Positions 41,101 through 53,011 of a stretch of 64,000 bases of DNA are shown here, in pieces. Within the stretch, counting starts at the first letter, position 1. Each line of letters opens with the position of its first letter. This DNA comes from an uncultured candidate division Zixibacteria bacterium (GTDB lineage Bacteria; Zixibacteria; MSB-5A5; UBA10806). The DNA lies in the NCBI GenBank assembly GCA_963801605.1, contig CAWDFP010000006.1, positions 864,001-928,000 on the forward strand, given 5' to 3'. The notes below the pieces were generated by a model, which was given only the letters and a program-made list of their open reading frames with translations, had not been told where the DNA came from and did not search any database. Made by a program: the position numbers and the translations under genes.

Positions 41101-41231
41101 AACTTTTCCTTAAGTAATAATCATTCTTTATGGCCAATAATACGATAAACTATAAATAAATGATTCAAAAATGAATATAAAAAATGAGCATCTTTAGAAA
41201 GCTGTTTTTTTATCTAAAGATATAATTACAA

Positions 41232-44200
41232 TCAGAAACTGCTTTGGATAGCCCCGGGAAATTTTAAGAAAGCCGGTGGGCAGTCCGGGCACGGCGTTAG
41301 GGTTCCGCCTCCTTTGAGGTAAGCCACAAAATAGGTAATATCGAGGCCGTTGAATGCGCAGCTTCCGTTAATATCTCCGCCAACAAAGAAAGTTCCGTGG
41401 GGCTGGCAATCGCAAGAGTATGGCGGAGGAGTTCCGCCTTTGAAGTAACTTACCCCATAAACAACGTCAAGGCCATTGGCTACACCGTTATTGTTTATAT
41501 CACCCGCGGCATAAATACATTGCGGCGAAATAAAGTTTATGACAAAATCGTTGTCGGAATAATCGCTTGCCAAATTGAGTGCTTCATCGCGGCAGGTAAT
41601 TTTAACCCGGCAGGATATTGATGCCTGATTGGGGATTGTCCAGGCATAAGTGCCCGGATTGCCGGATGTCCAACCCTGAACGGGTATCCAATTTGAGCCG
41701 GAATCGGTGGAATAATCAAGTTTATAACTCGCTATACCAACGTTATCCTCAGCGGTCCAGGCGATATTTTGGATCGAGCCGCCCTCCCAAACTTCACTGC
41801 CATTAGGCGAAATGATTGTAACGGTGGGCGAGGAGTTATCCTGAACCGTAAAATCATCGTGTGAAACGTCGATAGCTTCGTTTTGAGCGTCATCCCTGAT
41901 TGCCACGCTGATCCGATAATGGTTGCCCGGTTGAGGCGGAGTCCAGGTTGGAGGTTCTAAATTCCCCCAATCGCGTATAAGCTGCCAGGTGGTTCCGCTA
42001 TCGGTCGAGAAATCAAATTTTGCCTCTACGCAGCCTATGTTGTCATCGCAGGTAAAAACGATCGGCACCTCATCTCCGAAATTAAATATCTCTCCGCCAT
42101 TTGGAATGGTTAGAACAACTAACGGAGGTGTAAGATCTGCGATCGAAAAATTATTATCCGAAATATCGAAGCTGATACTTCCGGAGGTATCCTGGCAGGA
42201 TACTTTCACCTTGCACTCTGCCGACAGAGTTTGAGGCACAAGCCAGGAATAAGCGCCGGGATTTCCCGCGGTCCAATCTACTATTGGAGGCGCTATCCAG
42301 GTAGCGCCGCCGGTAAGCGAATATTCAATTTTGTAGCGGGTAATTCCAATATCATCGCTTGCATTCCAAGCTATGTTATGAGTTTCTCCAAAGCCCCAGG
42401 CTTCGCCGCCATTGGGAGAAATAACGGTTACGGTCGGGGGGAAATCAGCGATTGCGAAATTAGCATCTGATGTATCCGCAGTAACGTTAAACGACGCATC
42501 ACGGCAGAATATGCGTACTCGGCATGCGGTCGACGGCGCATTGGGCACATTCCAGGAGTATGTTCCGGGATTTCCGTTAACCCATTCGGTTACTGCCAAC
42601 CAGGTAGCGCCGCCATTGATTGAATAATCAAGCTTGAAAGCGGCAACTCCCTCATTATCGCTCGCGGTCCAGGCAATAGCATGAATCTGATTTATTCCCC
42701 AAATCTCGCCGCCATTGGGTGAAGAAATATTCACGATCGGAGGAATATTATCTCTAATCGAAAAATCGGAATCCGAAATATCGAACCCAACCGTATTAGC
42801 TGAATCACGGCAGGATACCCTTGTTCGGCAAAGCGCCGACGGTGTGTCAGGGATCGTCCAGATGAAGCTGTTTGGATTTCCACTTTGCCAATCCTGCACC
42901 GAAATCCAGTTTGTACCGGAATCAGTCGAATAATCTATTTTATAGGCAGTGACTCCAATATTATCTGACGCGTTCCAGGTAATATCAACATTGGCGCCAC
43001 TATCGAAACTTTCGCCGCCATTGGGATATGTTAAGGCAACTGAGGGAGGAATATTATCCCTAATTGTAAAATTAGTATTCGAGACATCGGTTCCTATTCC
43101 GCCGCTTGTATCCCGGCATGATATGCGGATTCGATTTATAATCGACGGCGTATTGGGAATGACCCAACTGTATGTACGAGGATCGCCTGTGGTCCAATCC
43201 TGAATCAAGGACCAATTAGTTCCAGCATCGGTTGAGTGCTCTAATTTGTAAGCCAGAATTCCCAGGTTGTCGCCATCTATCCAGGTAATATTATGTGCCG
43301 AACCACAATCCCAGATTTCACCGCCGTTAGGCGATGAAACGGTAACCACGGGCATAGGGATCCAAAATTGTGAAATTATTATCTGAGTTGTCGTTTCCAA
43401 TATTGCCGGCGGCATCTCTGCATGAAAGGCGCACCCGCACCTGTGTAGATGATGAGATAGGCACAAGCCAGGGGAATGTACCCGGATTTCCGGATGTCCA
43501 ATCCTGTATTATTGTCCAATTCGCGCCGGCATCAATTGAATAGTCAAGTTTATACTGGGTTACTCCCACGTTATCTGAGGCGGTCCAGGTGATATTATGA
43601 TAAGTGTTTACATTCCAGCTTTCCCCGCCATTTGGCACTGCGACATGAACAGTGGGCGCTACCGTATCTACTGCCGGAATTATTGAAAATACCGCATTTG
43701 AGTTGTCGTTCCCGATATTTCCCGCAGCATCCCAGGCTCTGACTCGCACCAGGCAATTGATCGATGGTGTCGAGGGAACTGCCCAGGAAAATGTCTGCGG
43801 ATTGCCGTTGGTTTGAGGTTGAATCGCGATCCAGTTGGTTCCGGAGTTGGTCGAATAATCAATGGCATAGGCTGTTACACCGACGGCATCGGTTGCACTC
43901 CAGGTGATATTGTGTATTGTCGATGTGACCCACTGCTCGCCGCCATTGGGCGAGCTTACGATTACCGCTGGATCAGTAGTGTCTGCCGGTGGCGGTTCAT
44001 CGAACGGCACAGTCAATGGCATTCCCAACGCGGCTCTCTCGTCGGGACCTTCGGTTACTGCCCCGTCGCCATTAACAATATAATTGGTCACTCCGGCGGT
44101 TTTAATAGTGATATCCCCAACGCAGTAGCCGGCATAGCTGGTCAGGCTTCCGGCCGGATTGCCCTCCTCATTTTGAAGAACGGTTGCCGCCGGAGCAGTA

Positions 44201-45096
44201 ATGCAAGGGACTCCCGCACGAAGGACATGATCGACAACATCGTGACGAGGGAACATATAGTCAGGTGATTGCCCCGAACCGGTTGCGATACAGGCAAAAT
44301 GAGGAGTTAGGAGATTCATGTAATCGGAATTAGTGGAGCCTTCGCTTCCATGATGATTGACATGGAGAACCTCAACTCCATAGGAGGTGAGTAGGGGGTG
44401 CTCTCCTCCGGGCATGATGGCTTGAGCCAGAGGCGTCTCAACATTTGCATAACTGCTTTGGCGCCCGGTACAGGCGTTGTCGGCATCGCCGCCGCCCAAA
44501 TCCCCGGCAAAGAGATATTCAAAATGGCCATATTGAATAAGAAGCCCAATAGATTTATCGTTTTCGTCGCTGACACCCGAAACCAATCCGTGGCCAAGGA
44601 CGGTGCCATTTGCACAAACGCAAGTAGCTGTCGCGCCGCCCCCAAGTTGAATTACTGCTCCCGGCGCAAGGGACTGAATAGGTCCGGGGGAATGATTGAT
44701 TGCAGCATTTCTAAAAGCGGTAACATAGGAATTGCTATTGCTGCTTCCATTATAATAAACGGAATTTGAGACGTTATAACCGCCATTCATAACTTCAGTT
44801 AACCCGGCGATATGATCCGAATGCAAGTGGCTCGAAAGAATATATGTAAGACTATCGGTTGGCATAATACCGATCGATTCCAAATAGGGGATGACTTTGT
44901 TTGTACCCATATTATCCCGGCCGCCGTCCATGAGCATACGCGTGCCATTGGGGCCAATAACAAGCACCGAAGTACCCCAACCCACGTTGATGTAGTGAAT
45001 CTCGAGTAATCCGGAGGGCGTGAATGCAAACGAGACTCCAGGCATCATCAGCGGAAGTGCGGTCAAAATCAGATAAATGATGATTTTTTTTCTCAT
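41232..45096 (-). CDS. Secreted ComEC/Rec2-type metallo-beta-lactamase-fold hydrolase + 8 Ig-like (PNGGE) repeats + dockerin-like domain; one frameshift at ~43358 (~1287 aa when joined)
   Basis: INVGWG, DGG, SHLHSDH, GDLG and HHGS motifs; 8 xPNG(G/S)E repeats; GDINNNGVANGLDV / GDINGSCAFNGLDI. Removing one base at 43357-43359 joins the frames. Confidence 0.8.
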
Positions 45097-45238
45097 ACCA
45101 CTTATTAATCGAATAGTTTTGGAAGAACCTTAGGGGCTCTCAGGGGAGCTTACTTCTACATTGGTAATAATATAAGGTAGAAGTTGAAGGACGCAAGAAA
45201 AATAGATATGCCCAAATCACCGAAAATTATGAATAAAA

Positions 45239-45267
45239 GGAACAAATACTTTTATTTCTCGATATTA
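45239..45267 (+). promoter_or_regulatory. ECF-type promoter GGAAC-N18-ATATTA (one mismatch)
   Basis: Same spacing as the other copies; upstream of msrA. Confidence 0.5.
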
Positions 45268-45315
45268 TATAAGGTTATACAAGTTCAAGGTTCAATTATT
45301 ATTAGGAGATAAAAC

Positions 45316-45801
45316 GTGAAAACCGAAAAAGCATATTTCGCAGGTGGTTGTTTTTGGGGTACGGAGCATCTTTTTAAGACCCTGAATGGCGTCATTTCTA
45401 CCAGGGTGGGCTATATGGGAGGACATAAGGCCAATCCTTCGTATCAGGACGTTTGCAGCGGTGACACCGGCCATGCGGAGGCAGTCGAGGTCGAATATGA
45501 TTCAGAAAAAACGGATTTTGAAAAGGTCGCCAGATTCTTTTTTGAAATTCACGATCCTACCCAGATAGACAGGCAAGGTCCCGATATCGGCCAGCAGTAT
45601 AGGTCGGTTGTTTTCTTTGTTGATGATAACCAAATGCGGATCGCCGAAAATCTAATCAAGATTTTAAGTGATAAGGGTTACAAGGTAGCCACCAAGCTGG
45701 TTAAAGCCGACACATTCTGGGAAGCTGAGGCTTATCATCAGGATTATTATGATGTGACCGGCAAAGCTCCCTACTGCCATTTTTATCAAAAGCGATTTTA
45801 G
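45316..45801 (+). CDS. msrA: Peptide-methionine (S)-S-oxide reductase
   Basis: GGCFWG, GHAE, RQGPDIGQQYRS, AEAYHQDY, PYC. Confidence 0.95.
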   Translation: MKTEKAYFAGGCFWGTEHLFKTLNGVISTRVGYMGGHKANPSYQDVCSGDTGHAEAVEVEYDSEKTDFEKVARFFFEIHDPTQIDRQGPDIGQQYRSVVFFVDDNQMRIAENLIKILSDKGYKVATKLVKADTFWEAEAYHQDYYDVTGKAPYCHFYQKRF

Positions 45802-45854
45802 AAAAGACTGCATCCGGATTCTATTTAGTATGCCGGCATAATTTTAGGCATGAT

Positions 45855-45884
45855 AAAAAGCGCCGAGTCGTGAGGGCTCGGCGC
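45855..45884. terminator. Intrinsic terminator between convergent genes
   Basis: GCGCCGAG..CTCGGCGC stem with an A-run on the left. Confidence 0.7.
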
Positions 45885-45914
45885 ACGTTTAATATTTCAG
45901 GTCAAGAATAGGTT

Positions 45915-48021
45915 TTAGTGCTTTGTTTCTTTGGCAATGCCAATTCTGTATAAAATGTACATTAGGCCAAGGAATGGAATCAGGGAGAACCAATCGGCGC
46001 CGGATAGATAGGTTGAATAACTGGAAAAATCAATTTTGGTGTCCATCCCCATAATTGTGAGGCCAGCTATGATAACGCCCGTAATGGCCGCTCCTGAGAT
46101 ATACCCTGACGACATCAATACGCCGGGGGAGAACTCGGCCTCCGAGGCCGAACCTTTGCGTCGCTTATCCACCAAGGTCCTGAATTATACCGCCCGCCAT
46201 AATCGGAGTAGACGTTGAAAGCGGAAGATATAGCCCAACCGCAAAGGGTAGCGATGATACTCCCACCAACTCCATTACAAGCGCCAGGAATATCCCAATT
46301 AAAACCAATCCCCACGGCAGCTTTTGTGTGAGTATGCCGTCGATAATCAGGCTGAAGAGCCTCGCCTTGGGTGCGTCAAGTTTACGTGTTGGCTGGCCAT
46401 TAAGGCTTGTCACCACTCCCGCGATACCGGGATCGACCAGGTATTTAATATGATTAGTTTCATCGACAAGATACTTGCCGATCCGAATCTCCCCGGTTTG
46501 CTCGGTGACATGAAGTACGCGGTAGGTGATACCATCAGGGGCTTTCATGGTTTCGGGTTTTTCAGGAAGGCTGGCAACGTAGTTTTCGAAAGTCATGGGG
46601 GCCACAGTAGTGTAAGCGTTGTTGAAAAGCATGACAGTCAGGCCGATTACAAGCGCGCTCGATATGACGCCTATCATAATCGCCAGCTGCTGATATTTAG
46701 GCGTTGCCCCAACTAAAAATCCGGTTTTAAGATCCTGGCTGATGGTGCCGCCGTTAGATGCCGCTATACAAACAATGGCAGCAGTTGAAAGCGCCATAGC
46801 CCGATATGAAACTCCTGTCCATCCAACCGCCAGAAACAGGAGACAAGTAATAAGAAGGGTGGCTACGGTCATTCCTGAGATCGGATTTGACGATGACCCA
46901 ATCTCTCCGGTGATTCGGCTGGAGACTGTGACAAAGAAGAATCCGAACATGACAATTAATACTGCCGAGATGGCATTGATATGCAGAACCGGAGCCAGCC
47001 ATATTGCCAATACCAGGCCGATCGACCCGAAAACCACTACCGAAAGGGGCAAATCATGATCAGTTCTTAAAACTTTCTCTCGAGTTCCCTCTCCTTTGCG
47101 CGAATCAAGAAAACTTTTAAATCCGCTCCTGAAGGCATGGATTATTGTAGGAAAAGATTTTATCAAACTAATTATGCCGCCCGTGGCTACGGCTCCTGCG
47201 CCGATATAAAGAACATAAGCGTTTCGTACCATGTCAGGAGTCATATCTTTTATTAACGTTGATGCCGGAAACATGACGGTGCTGATGTTTTCGCCGAAAA
47301 TTTTAATGGCCGGGATTAATATTAAATAAGAAAGTATTCCTCCGGCTAACATATTTGCTGAGACTTTTGGCCCAATGATATACCCCACTCCCAGAAGTTC
47401 CGGGGTTAACTCTCCTGATACCGAAGCTCCTTTGAAAAATTTCAGCATCCGCGTGGGGACATCAGCCCAAAGCCTCAAGCCTACATTGAGAAATTTGTAG
47501 ATCGCCCCGATACCGAATCCCAGGAATACGGTCTTGGCATTGGTGCCGCCTTGCTCGCCCACAATTAGAACGTCGGCACAGGCCGTACCTTCGGGGTATG
47601 TGAGCTTACCATGCTCCTTGACGATCAATCCTTTACGAAGAGGAATCATCATCAATACCCCCAGAATGCCTCCCAGGAGCGACATCCAGAGAATCGACAT
47701 CATCTCCATGTTAAGTCCGAGCAGCAGGAAGACCGGCATGGTGGTCGCTACTCCGAAAGCGATAGATTCCCCCGCAGAACCGGTGGTCTGGACAATATTG
47801 TTTTCGAGGATTGTTGATCGTCCCAGAACCCGGAATAGGGTGATAGAGAGGACAGCAATCGGGATTGAGGCGCTAACGGTCATGCCAACTTTGAGGGCCA
47901 GGTAAACCGACGAAGCGGCAAAGATGATCCCCAAAACAGCGCCGATAAACACGGCCCGGAATGTAAATTCCTTTTGTGATTCAAAGGGGCCGATAAACGG
48001 CTTAAATTCGGTATCCGACAT
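45915..48021 (-). CDS. OPT-family oligopeptide transporter; one frameshift at ~46184
   Basis: EFTFRA, SASIP, ENNIVQT, YPEGTACA, SNPISG, QDLKTG, APKA. Removing one base gives GIIRTLVDKRR and joins the 45915-46175 ORF. Confidence 0.88.
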
Positions 48022-48272
48022 TAGAGACTCCCAGAGTTTCAAGTCGCGTCGATTTTAATCAAACTATATCAAAACATGGCGTTTGGTGCAACCAATATTG
48101 CCTGAAGAAGACAAAAATTTATTAATAGGCATTATCAGCTTTGATCATGCTTTGGATCAATCTGAACGCGCCGGATTGGATAATATAGAAAATAAATTAT
48201 ATGATGACGGCCCATAGCACCCTTGAATCGATTAGGAGCGGCGTACCTTTAATTCCGAAATCGATAAAATAC

Positions 48273-48662
48273 CTATTGAACTATTACTTTGCCAAACATT
48301 GTGGGATGAATCAGGCAACGATAGGAATAATCGCCCGCCTTGGTAAAAATATGCTGAAATGTTTGTCCCGGATTAAACAACGGGCTTTTTATTTCGTCTC
48401 CAGTATTTGAGGTTACCATGTGAGGAGCGTTATCCTTATTGGTCCATTGCACGGTATCACCGACTGCAACGGCAATTTTGCCCGAACCGAAAGCCATGTT
48501 CTTAACATCGATATTATGAAAATGAGCAGAATGTATTGTCGGTGCGACTTTTTGTTTCGCAGTCGAATTCGTCTGGGCGCCAGCCGCTATGGTGAACATA
48601 GCCCAGATGATCATCAAAAACAATACTCTTATTGCCACTGTCCCATTGAATCTTTCCATCAC
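48273..48662 (-). CDS. Plastocyanin/amicyanin-like blue copper protein
   Basis: Signal peptide; GDTVQWTN, PHMV, YRCLIHPTM. Confidence 0.85.
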   Translation of the reverse strand: MMERFNGTVAIRVLFLMIIWAMFTIAAGAQTNSTAKQKVAPTIHSAHFHNIDVKNMAFGSGKIAVAVGDTVQWTNKDNAPHMVTSNTGDEIKSPLFNPGQTFQHIFTKAGDYSYRCLIHPTMFGKVIVQ

Positions 48663-48699
48663 TCTCCTCCTGTTCTGGCAGTTATATTAATAATGATCA

Positions 48700-48728
48700 T
48701 CAAACTCAATTCCCAAATATAGAGTTCC
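48700..48728 (-). promoter_or_regulatory. ECF-type promoter GGAAC-N18-GTTTGA
   Basis: GGAAC TCTATATTTGGGAATTGA GTTTGA, upstream of the blue copper protein. Confidence 0.6.
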
Positions 48729-48899
48729 TTTGAACAAACAAATTTGGATATTTAAAGCCCGGAATTCCAGTAATAAGGAATTGACATTATGAGTCTATTT
48801 TCAAGCATGATTTGTATTTAATGATGCTTGAGATTTGGATAAAAGCGAGTATATTCAGGCTGTTGTCGGGATGATAACAGGAACGGAGCGTTTGAAATT

Positions 48900-49814
48900 G
48901 TGATTTTATTGATGATATTTTATATTTCCATTGCGGTGCTTGTTATTGGGACGCTCATCAAAACCATAAAAATTATAAAAATGCCAATTCACTTACGGTG
49001 GGAACTTTATCCCATTCCTCATGAGCAAGGCAAAGGACATTATGGCGGTTCGTATTATGAAGAACCCGACTGGTGGACCAAGCCAGTGAAGCGGTCTCTG
49101 TGGGGAGAGCTCAAGGAAGTAGCTTTCGAGATTTTTGCCATAAAATCGCTTTACCGCAACAACCGAAACCTCTGGTATTTTTCTTATCCTTTTCATATTG
49201 GGCTTTATCTGCTTACCGGATTTATGACCATGTTAGTCCTGGGTGCGATATTAAAATTGAATGGATTTGAAATTTCCGCATTTTCATTAAGCTTATTAGG
49301 AAAAGGTCTATATCGGGCGACAATCCTCATCGGTATCCTGGGTTTGATTTTTGGAGTATTCGGAGTCGCCGGGCTGCTTGTAATAAGAATTGTCAAGAGT
49401 GAATATAGACAATTTTCAACAAGAGCCGATTATTTTAATTTGATATTGCTGCTATCTATTTGTCTTAGCGGTTTATATGCCTGGATCACTGCAGATAGGT
49501 CATTTTCGTTATTAAGGGAGTTTATTAAAGAGCTATTGGTATTTAAATCCAGCTTGATTATCCCAGCATCTATTAAATTAGAACTACTCTTGACTGCAGT
49601 CTTTTTTATCTATCTGCCGTTTACGCACATGACGCATTTTGTGGGAAAATTTTTCACTTATCATCATGTCAGATGGCAGGATGAGCCCAACATAAAGGGC
49701 AGTAAAACCGAAGCTGCCATCATCAAAGAACTTGGAAGCCGAGTCAGTTGGCAGGCAAAACATATAAAGCCCGGGAAGAGTTGGCTTGAAGGAGCCTCCG
49801 GCGACGATAAATGA
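48900..49814 (+). CDS. NarI/DsrM/HmcE-family membrane cytochrome b
   Basis: HLRWELYP, FHIGLY, YLPFTHMTHF, several TM helices. Confidence 0.8.
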   Translation: MILLMIFYISIAVLVIGTLIKTIKIIKMPIHLRWELYPIPHEQGKGHYGGSYYEEPDWWTKPVKRSLWGELKEVAFEIFAIKSLYRNNRNLWYFSYPFHIGLYLLTGFMTMLVLGAILKLNGFEISAFSLSLLGKGLYRATILIGILGLIFGVFGVAGLLVIRIVKSEYRQFSTRADYFNLILLLSICLSGLYAWITADRSFSLLREFIKELLVFKSSLIIPASIKLELLLTAVFFIYLPFTHMTHFVGKFFTYHHVRWQDEPNIKGSKTEAAIIKELGSRVSWQAKHIKPGKSWLEGASGDDK

Positions 49815-51415
49815 CCACAACCCCCAGAAATTTCGGAAAAAAAAACGGCCAATTGATAAAAATTGATCCCGCTGGTTTTTTGCCTTTGCCGCCTCCCTAC
49901 GATAAACTCGAGCTTGAACCGAAGATCCGCAGTTTGACTCACGAGCAATCAGCCCGTTATGAATGCGAGCTTGACGGTGTGTCGGCAGTGATGTTTCCAA
50001 AACCGGAAACGGAGATCCAAAAACGGGAGCTTATAGAAAAATTCCTCTCAGGGTTGAAGAAGCTATTTGATGCCCGCGATAATTGGACATTTCTTCAACC
50101 GCTTTATCTCACAATGGAGTATTGCGCCAGATGCCAGACCTGCTCTCAAGCCTGCCCGATCTTCAATGAATCGGGAAAGCAAGAAATTTATCGTCCGGCT
50201 TTTCGGGCCGAGATCCTCAGGCGGCTTTATAAAAAATATATCAAGTCGGGCGGTAGAATCCTGGCAAAAGTCAGTGGTAACGATATAAACATCACCTGGG
50301 AGCTAATAGCTCGACTGCTTGAACTTTCATATCGCTGTACAATCTGCCGTCGCTGCGCCCAAGCCTGCCCAATTGGAATAGATAACGGGCTCGTTACCCA
50401 TGAACTGCGTAAACTTTTCAGCCAGGAAATGGGTATCTCGGTTAAGCAACTTCATGAGCTCGGCACAGTACAGCATCTGGAGAAAGGCTCGTCCACTGGT
50501 ATGAATCCTCTGGCCTTCCGCGATAATATCGAATTTATGGAGGATGAGGTTAAGGAAAAGACCGGTCTGGATTTCAAATGGCCGATTGATAAAGTAGGGG
50601 CGGATGTTCTTCTTATGCACAATGCCGGGGAATACCTTGCCTGGCCGGAAAACCCCGAAGCTTTCGCCATTATACTTGAAGCTGCAGGCATAAGCTATAC
50701 CCTCTCAAGCGAACTTACCGGGTATGATGCTGTAAATTATGGCGTCTGGTATGATGATATGCAATTAGCCAGATTGGCGATAAAACATGCCCGGATTGCC
50801 AAAAAACTTGGAGTAAAAAAGATTGTTATCGGCGAATGCGGGCATTCTCATAAAGCTCTTACCGTAATTGCCGATCGGGTACTTACGGGCGATCTAAATA
50901 TTCCTCGCGAAAGTTGTCTTACCTTTATAAATGAGATTATTAAAAGCGGCCGATTAAAACTCGATCCTTCCCGAAACGCTGATTTAAATGTAACGATCCA
51001 TGATCCCTGCAATATTGCCAGATTGATGGGGATCGTTAAGCCGCAGAGAGAAATTCTTCAAGCGGTCTGCCCCAACTTCCGGGAAATGACCCCTAAGGGA
51101 GTAGATAACTTCTGTTGCGGTGGAGGAAGCGGCTTTGCCATTATGCCAAACCTGAACTTCCCCGACTGGTGCCATAGCGTGGCGGGGCGGGCCAAACTGC
51201 GGCAAATTCTCGATCTTTTTCAAGACATTATCGGACCGGAACATAAAAAATATGTCTGCGCTCCCTGTTCAAACTGCAAGGGACAAATAAGAGACATCCT
51301 AAGGGCCTATGGTGTATTCGAGAAATGCAATATTTTATATGGAGGCTTAGCGGAGTTAATAGTAAATGCTATGGTCGATATTAAAGAGCCATTTCTTGAA
51401 TGGCAGTGGCGCTAA
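49811..51415 (+). CDS. DsrK/HmcF/HdrD-like Fe-S protein with CCG domain
   Basis: CARCQTCSQACP, CTICRRCAQACP, ECGH, HDPC, CCGGGSG, PCSNC. Translationally coupled to the upstream gene. Confidence 0.82.
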   Translation: MTTTPRNFGKKNGQLIKIDPAGFLPLPPPYDKLELEPKIRSLTHEQSARYECELDGVSAVMFPKPETEIQKRELIEKFLSGLKKLFDARDNWTFLQPLYLTMEYCARCQTCSQACPIFNESGKQEIYRPAFRAEILRRLYKKYIKSGGRILAKVSGNDINITWELIARLLELSYRCTICRRCAQACPIGIDNGLVTHELRKLFSQEMGISVKQLHELGTVQHLEKGSSTGMNPLAFRDNIEFMEDEVKEKTGLDFKWPIDKVGADVLLMHNAGEYLAWPENPEAFAIILEAAGISYTLSSELTGYDAVNYGVWYDDMQLARLAIKHARIAKKLGVKKIVIGECGHSHKALTVIADRVLTGDLNIPRESCLTFINEIIKSGRLKLDPSRNADLNVTIHDPCNIARLMGIVKPQREILQAVCPNFREMTPKGVDNFCCGGGSGFAIMPNLNFPDWCHSVAGRAKLRQILDLFQDIIGPEHKKYVCAPCSNCKGQIRDILRAYGVFEKCNILYGGLAELIVNAMVDIKEPFLEWQWR

Positions 51416-51675
51416 TCATCTTTAATCCAATACTATAATCGAGTTTTTGATTCTATTCATTAACCAAATAAATTTTAGTTTCCCGATAATTGTTATTATG
51501 CGTATAATCATCAAAGAGAGTAAGGTCGTTGTTGCTTTTCACGGAAAATTTTTAATAATGCGATCATTCCTATAAGCGGTTATGACAATAGAGCATAAGG
51601 CAAACAATTGGTAGTTGATGTTACAAAAAAATATAGCCAAAAAGAATTTGTCTGAATTATTCTAATTGATTATAA

Positions 51676-51703
51676 TAAACTTAACTCGGATATATGCGTC
51701 TAA
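51676..51703 (+). promoter_or_regulatory. Possible second-type ECF promoter (AAAC-N16-CGTCTAA)
   Basis: TAAAC TTAACTCGGATATATG CGTCTAA, upstream of the exporter operon. Confidence 0.4.
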
Positions 51704-51768
51704 TATTGATCGAGAAGACCTGAAAGCGTTTGGATGGTATTGGGCTTGGTCGTAAGAAAAGAGGAACA

Positions 51769-53010
51769 ATGAAAAAGCTGTTTATTATAGCCCCCATAGT
51801 GGTTGTAATTGCCCTGGTATTATTTTTATTTTTAGGAAGAACTAAAAAAGTAGAGGGGAAATTTGTCACAGCGCCCATTCAGAGGGGTGATATCTCGATT
51901 ACAGTCACTGCAACCGGGACGCTTCAAGCGGTTACCACGGTGCAAGTCGGAAGCCAGGTATCCGGCACCATTATGGCGTTAAACGCCGATTTTAACTCCA
52001 AGGTAAAAAAAGGGGAAATTATCGCGCAGCTTGATCCCACTTTTCTTAAAGCCCAGGTAGATCAGGCCGAGGCGGATTTAGATAAAGCTAAGGCCTCGCT
52101 AAACCTCGCTAAAACTCAATTCGACCGATCCCAATCTCTTTTTGAGCGAAATATGATTTCGCAATCCGACAAAGACAATGCCGAGGCCGTTTATCAGCAA
52201 TCTCAGGCCGATCTAAAATCATCGCAAGCGAATTTAAGCCGGGTAAAAACCAATCTGGAATATGCCACGATAACATCACCTATAGATGGGGTTGTAATTT
52301 CCAGAAATGTCGATGTCGGTCAGACGGTGGCAGCCAGCTTGCAGGCGCCGACTTTGTTTACGATAGCGCAAGACTTAACCAAAATGCAGGTTGGCGCCAG
52401 TATCGACGAAGCTGATATAGGAAAAGTCCATGATGGCCAGAGAGTTCTTTTTACGGTCGATGCCTATCCGGATCAAAGTTTTGATGGCATTGTACAGCAG
52501 GTCAGGCTCAATCCCGAAGTAGTGCAGAATGTAGTTTCATATGATGTTATAATCGAGGTTTCGAATCCTGATTTATTGCTAATGCCCGGCATGACGGCTA
52601 ATGTTACGATCGAGATTCAGCGTGAAAACGATATACTTAAGGTGCCATCGGCGGCGCTTCGTTTCCGTCCGGCGGGAGTTCAAACCGGTCAGTTGTCCGG
52701 CGCAAATAATTCATCAAACAATAGCGCTGCCTCTAACGGGGCCAGCGCAGCCATTCCCGATTCGACTTCCCATCGAGGTAAAGGCGGCAGACCTCACGTT
52801 TGGGTATTAAATGCTCAGGGGAAACCTCAACCCGTTCCAGTACAGGTGGGCATTTCGGACGGTTCCACAACCGGGATTACCTCGGATAATCTTAAAGAGG
52901 GAGATGCCGTAATAGTCAGCCAGGAAGGCGTACAGGCGTCAACAAGCAATAATCAGCAGGTTAATCCTTTCATGCCCAGGTTCGGTGGCGGTGGCGGCGG
53001 GAGGCACTAA
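51769..53010 (+). CDS. MacA-like periplasmic adaptor (membrane fusion protein)
   Basis: VGSQVSG, SPIDGVV, GQTVAAS, IDEADIG, PGMTA. ATG at 51769 follows GAGG. Confidence 0.9.
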   Translation: MKKLFIIAPIVVVIALVLFLFLGRTKKVEGKFVTAPIQRGDISITVTATGTLQAVTTVQVGSQVSGTIMALNADFNSKVKKGEIIAQLDPTFLKAQVDQAEADLDKAKASLNLAKTQFDRSQSLFERNMISQSDKDNAEAVYQQSQADLKSSQANLSRVKTNLEYATITSPIDGVVISRNVDVGQTVAASLQAPTLFTIAQDLTKMQVGASIDEADIGKVHDGQRVLFTVDAYPDQSFDGIVQQVRLNPEVVQNVVSYDVIIEVSNPDLLLMPGMTANVTIEIQRENDILKVPSAALRFRPAGVQTGQLSGANNSSNNSAASNGASAAIPDSTSHRGKGGRPHVWVLNAQGKPQPVPVQVGISDGSTTGITSDNLKEGDAVIVSQEGVQASTSNNQQVNPFMPRFGGGGGGRH

Positions 53011-53011
53011 A

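Noticed and set aside
41560..43990. Repeats as a CRISPR array or DGR
   Set aside because: They are ~300-nt degenerate protein-coding Ig-like repeats, with no identical short repeats, cas genes or reverse transcriptase.
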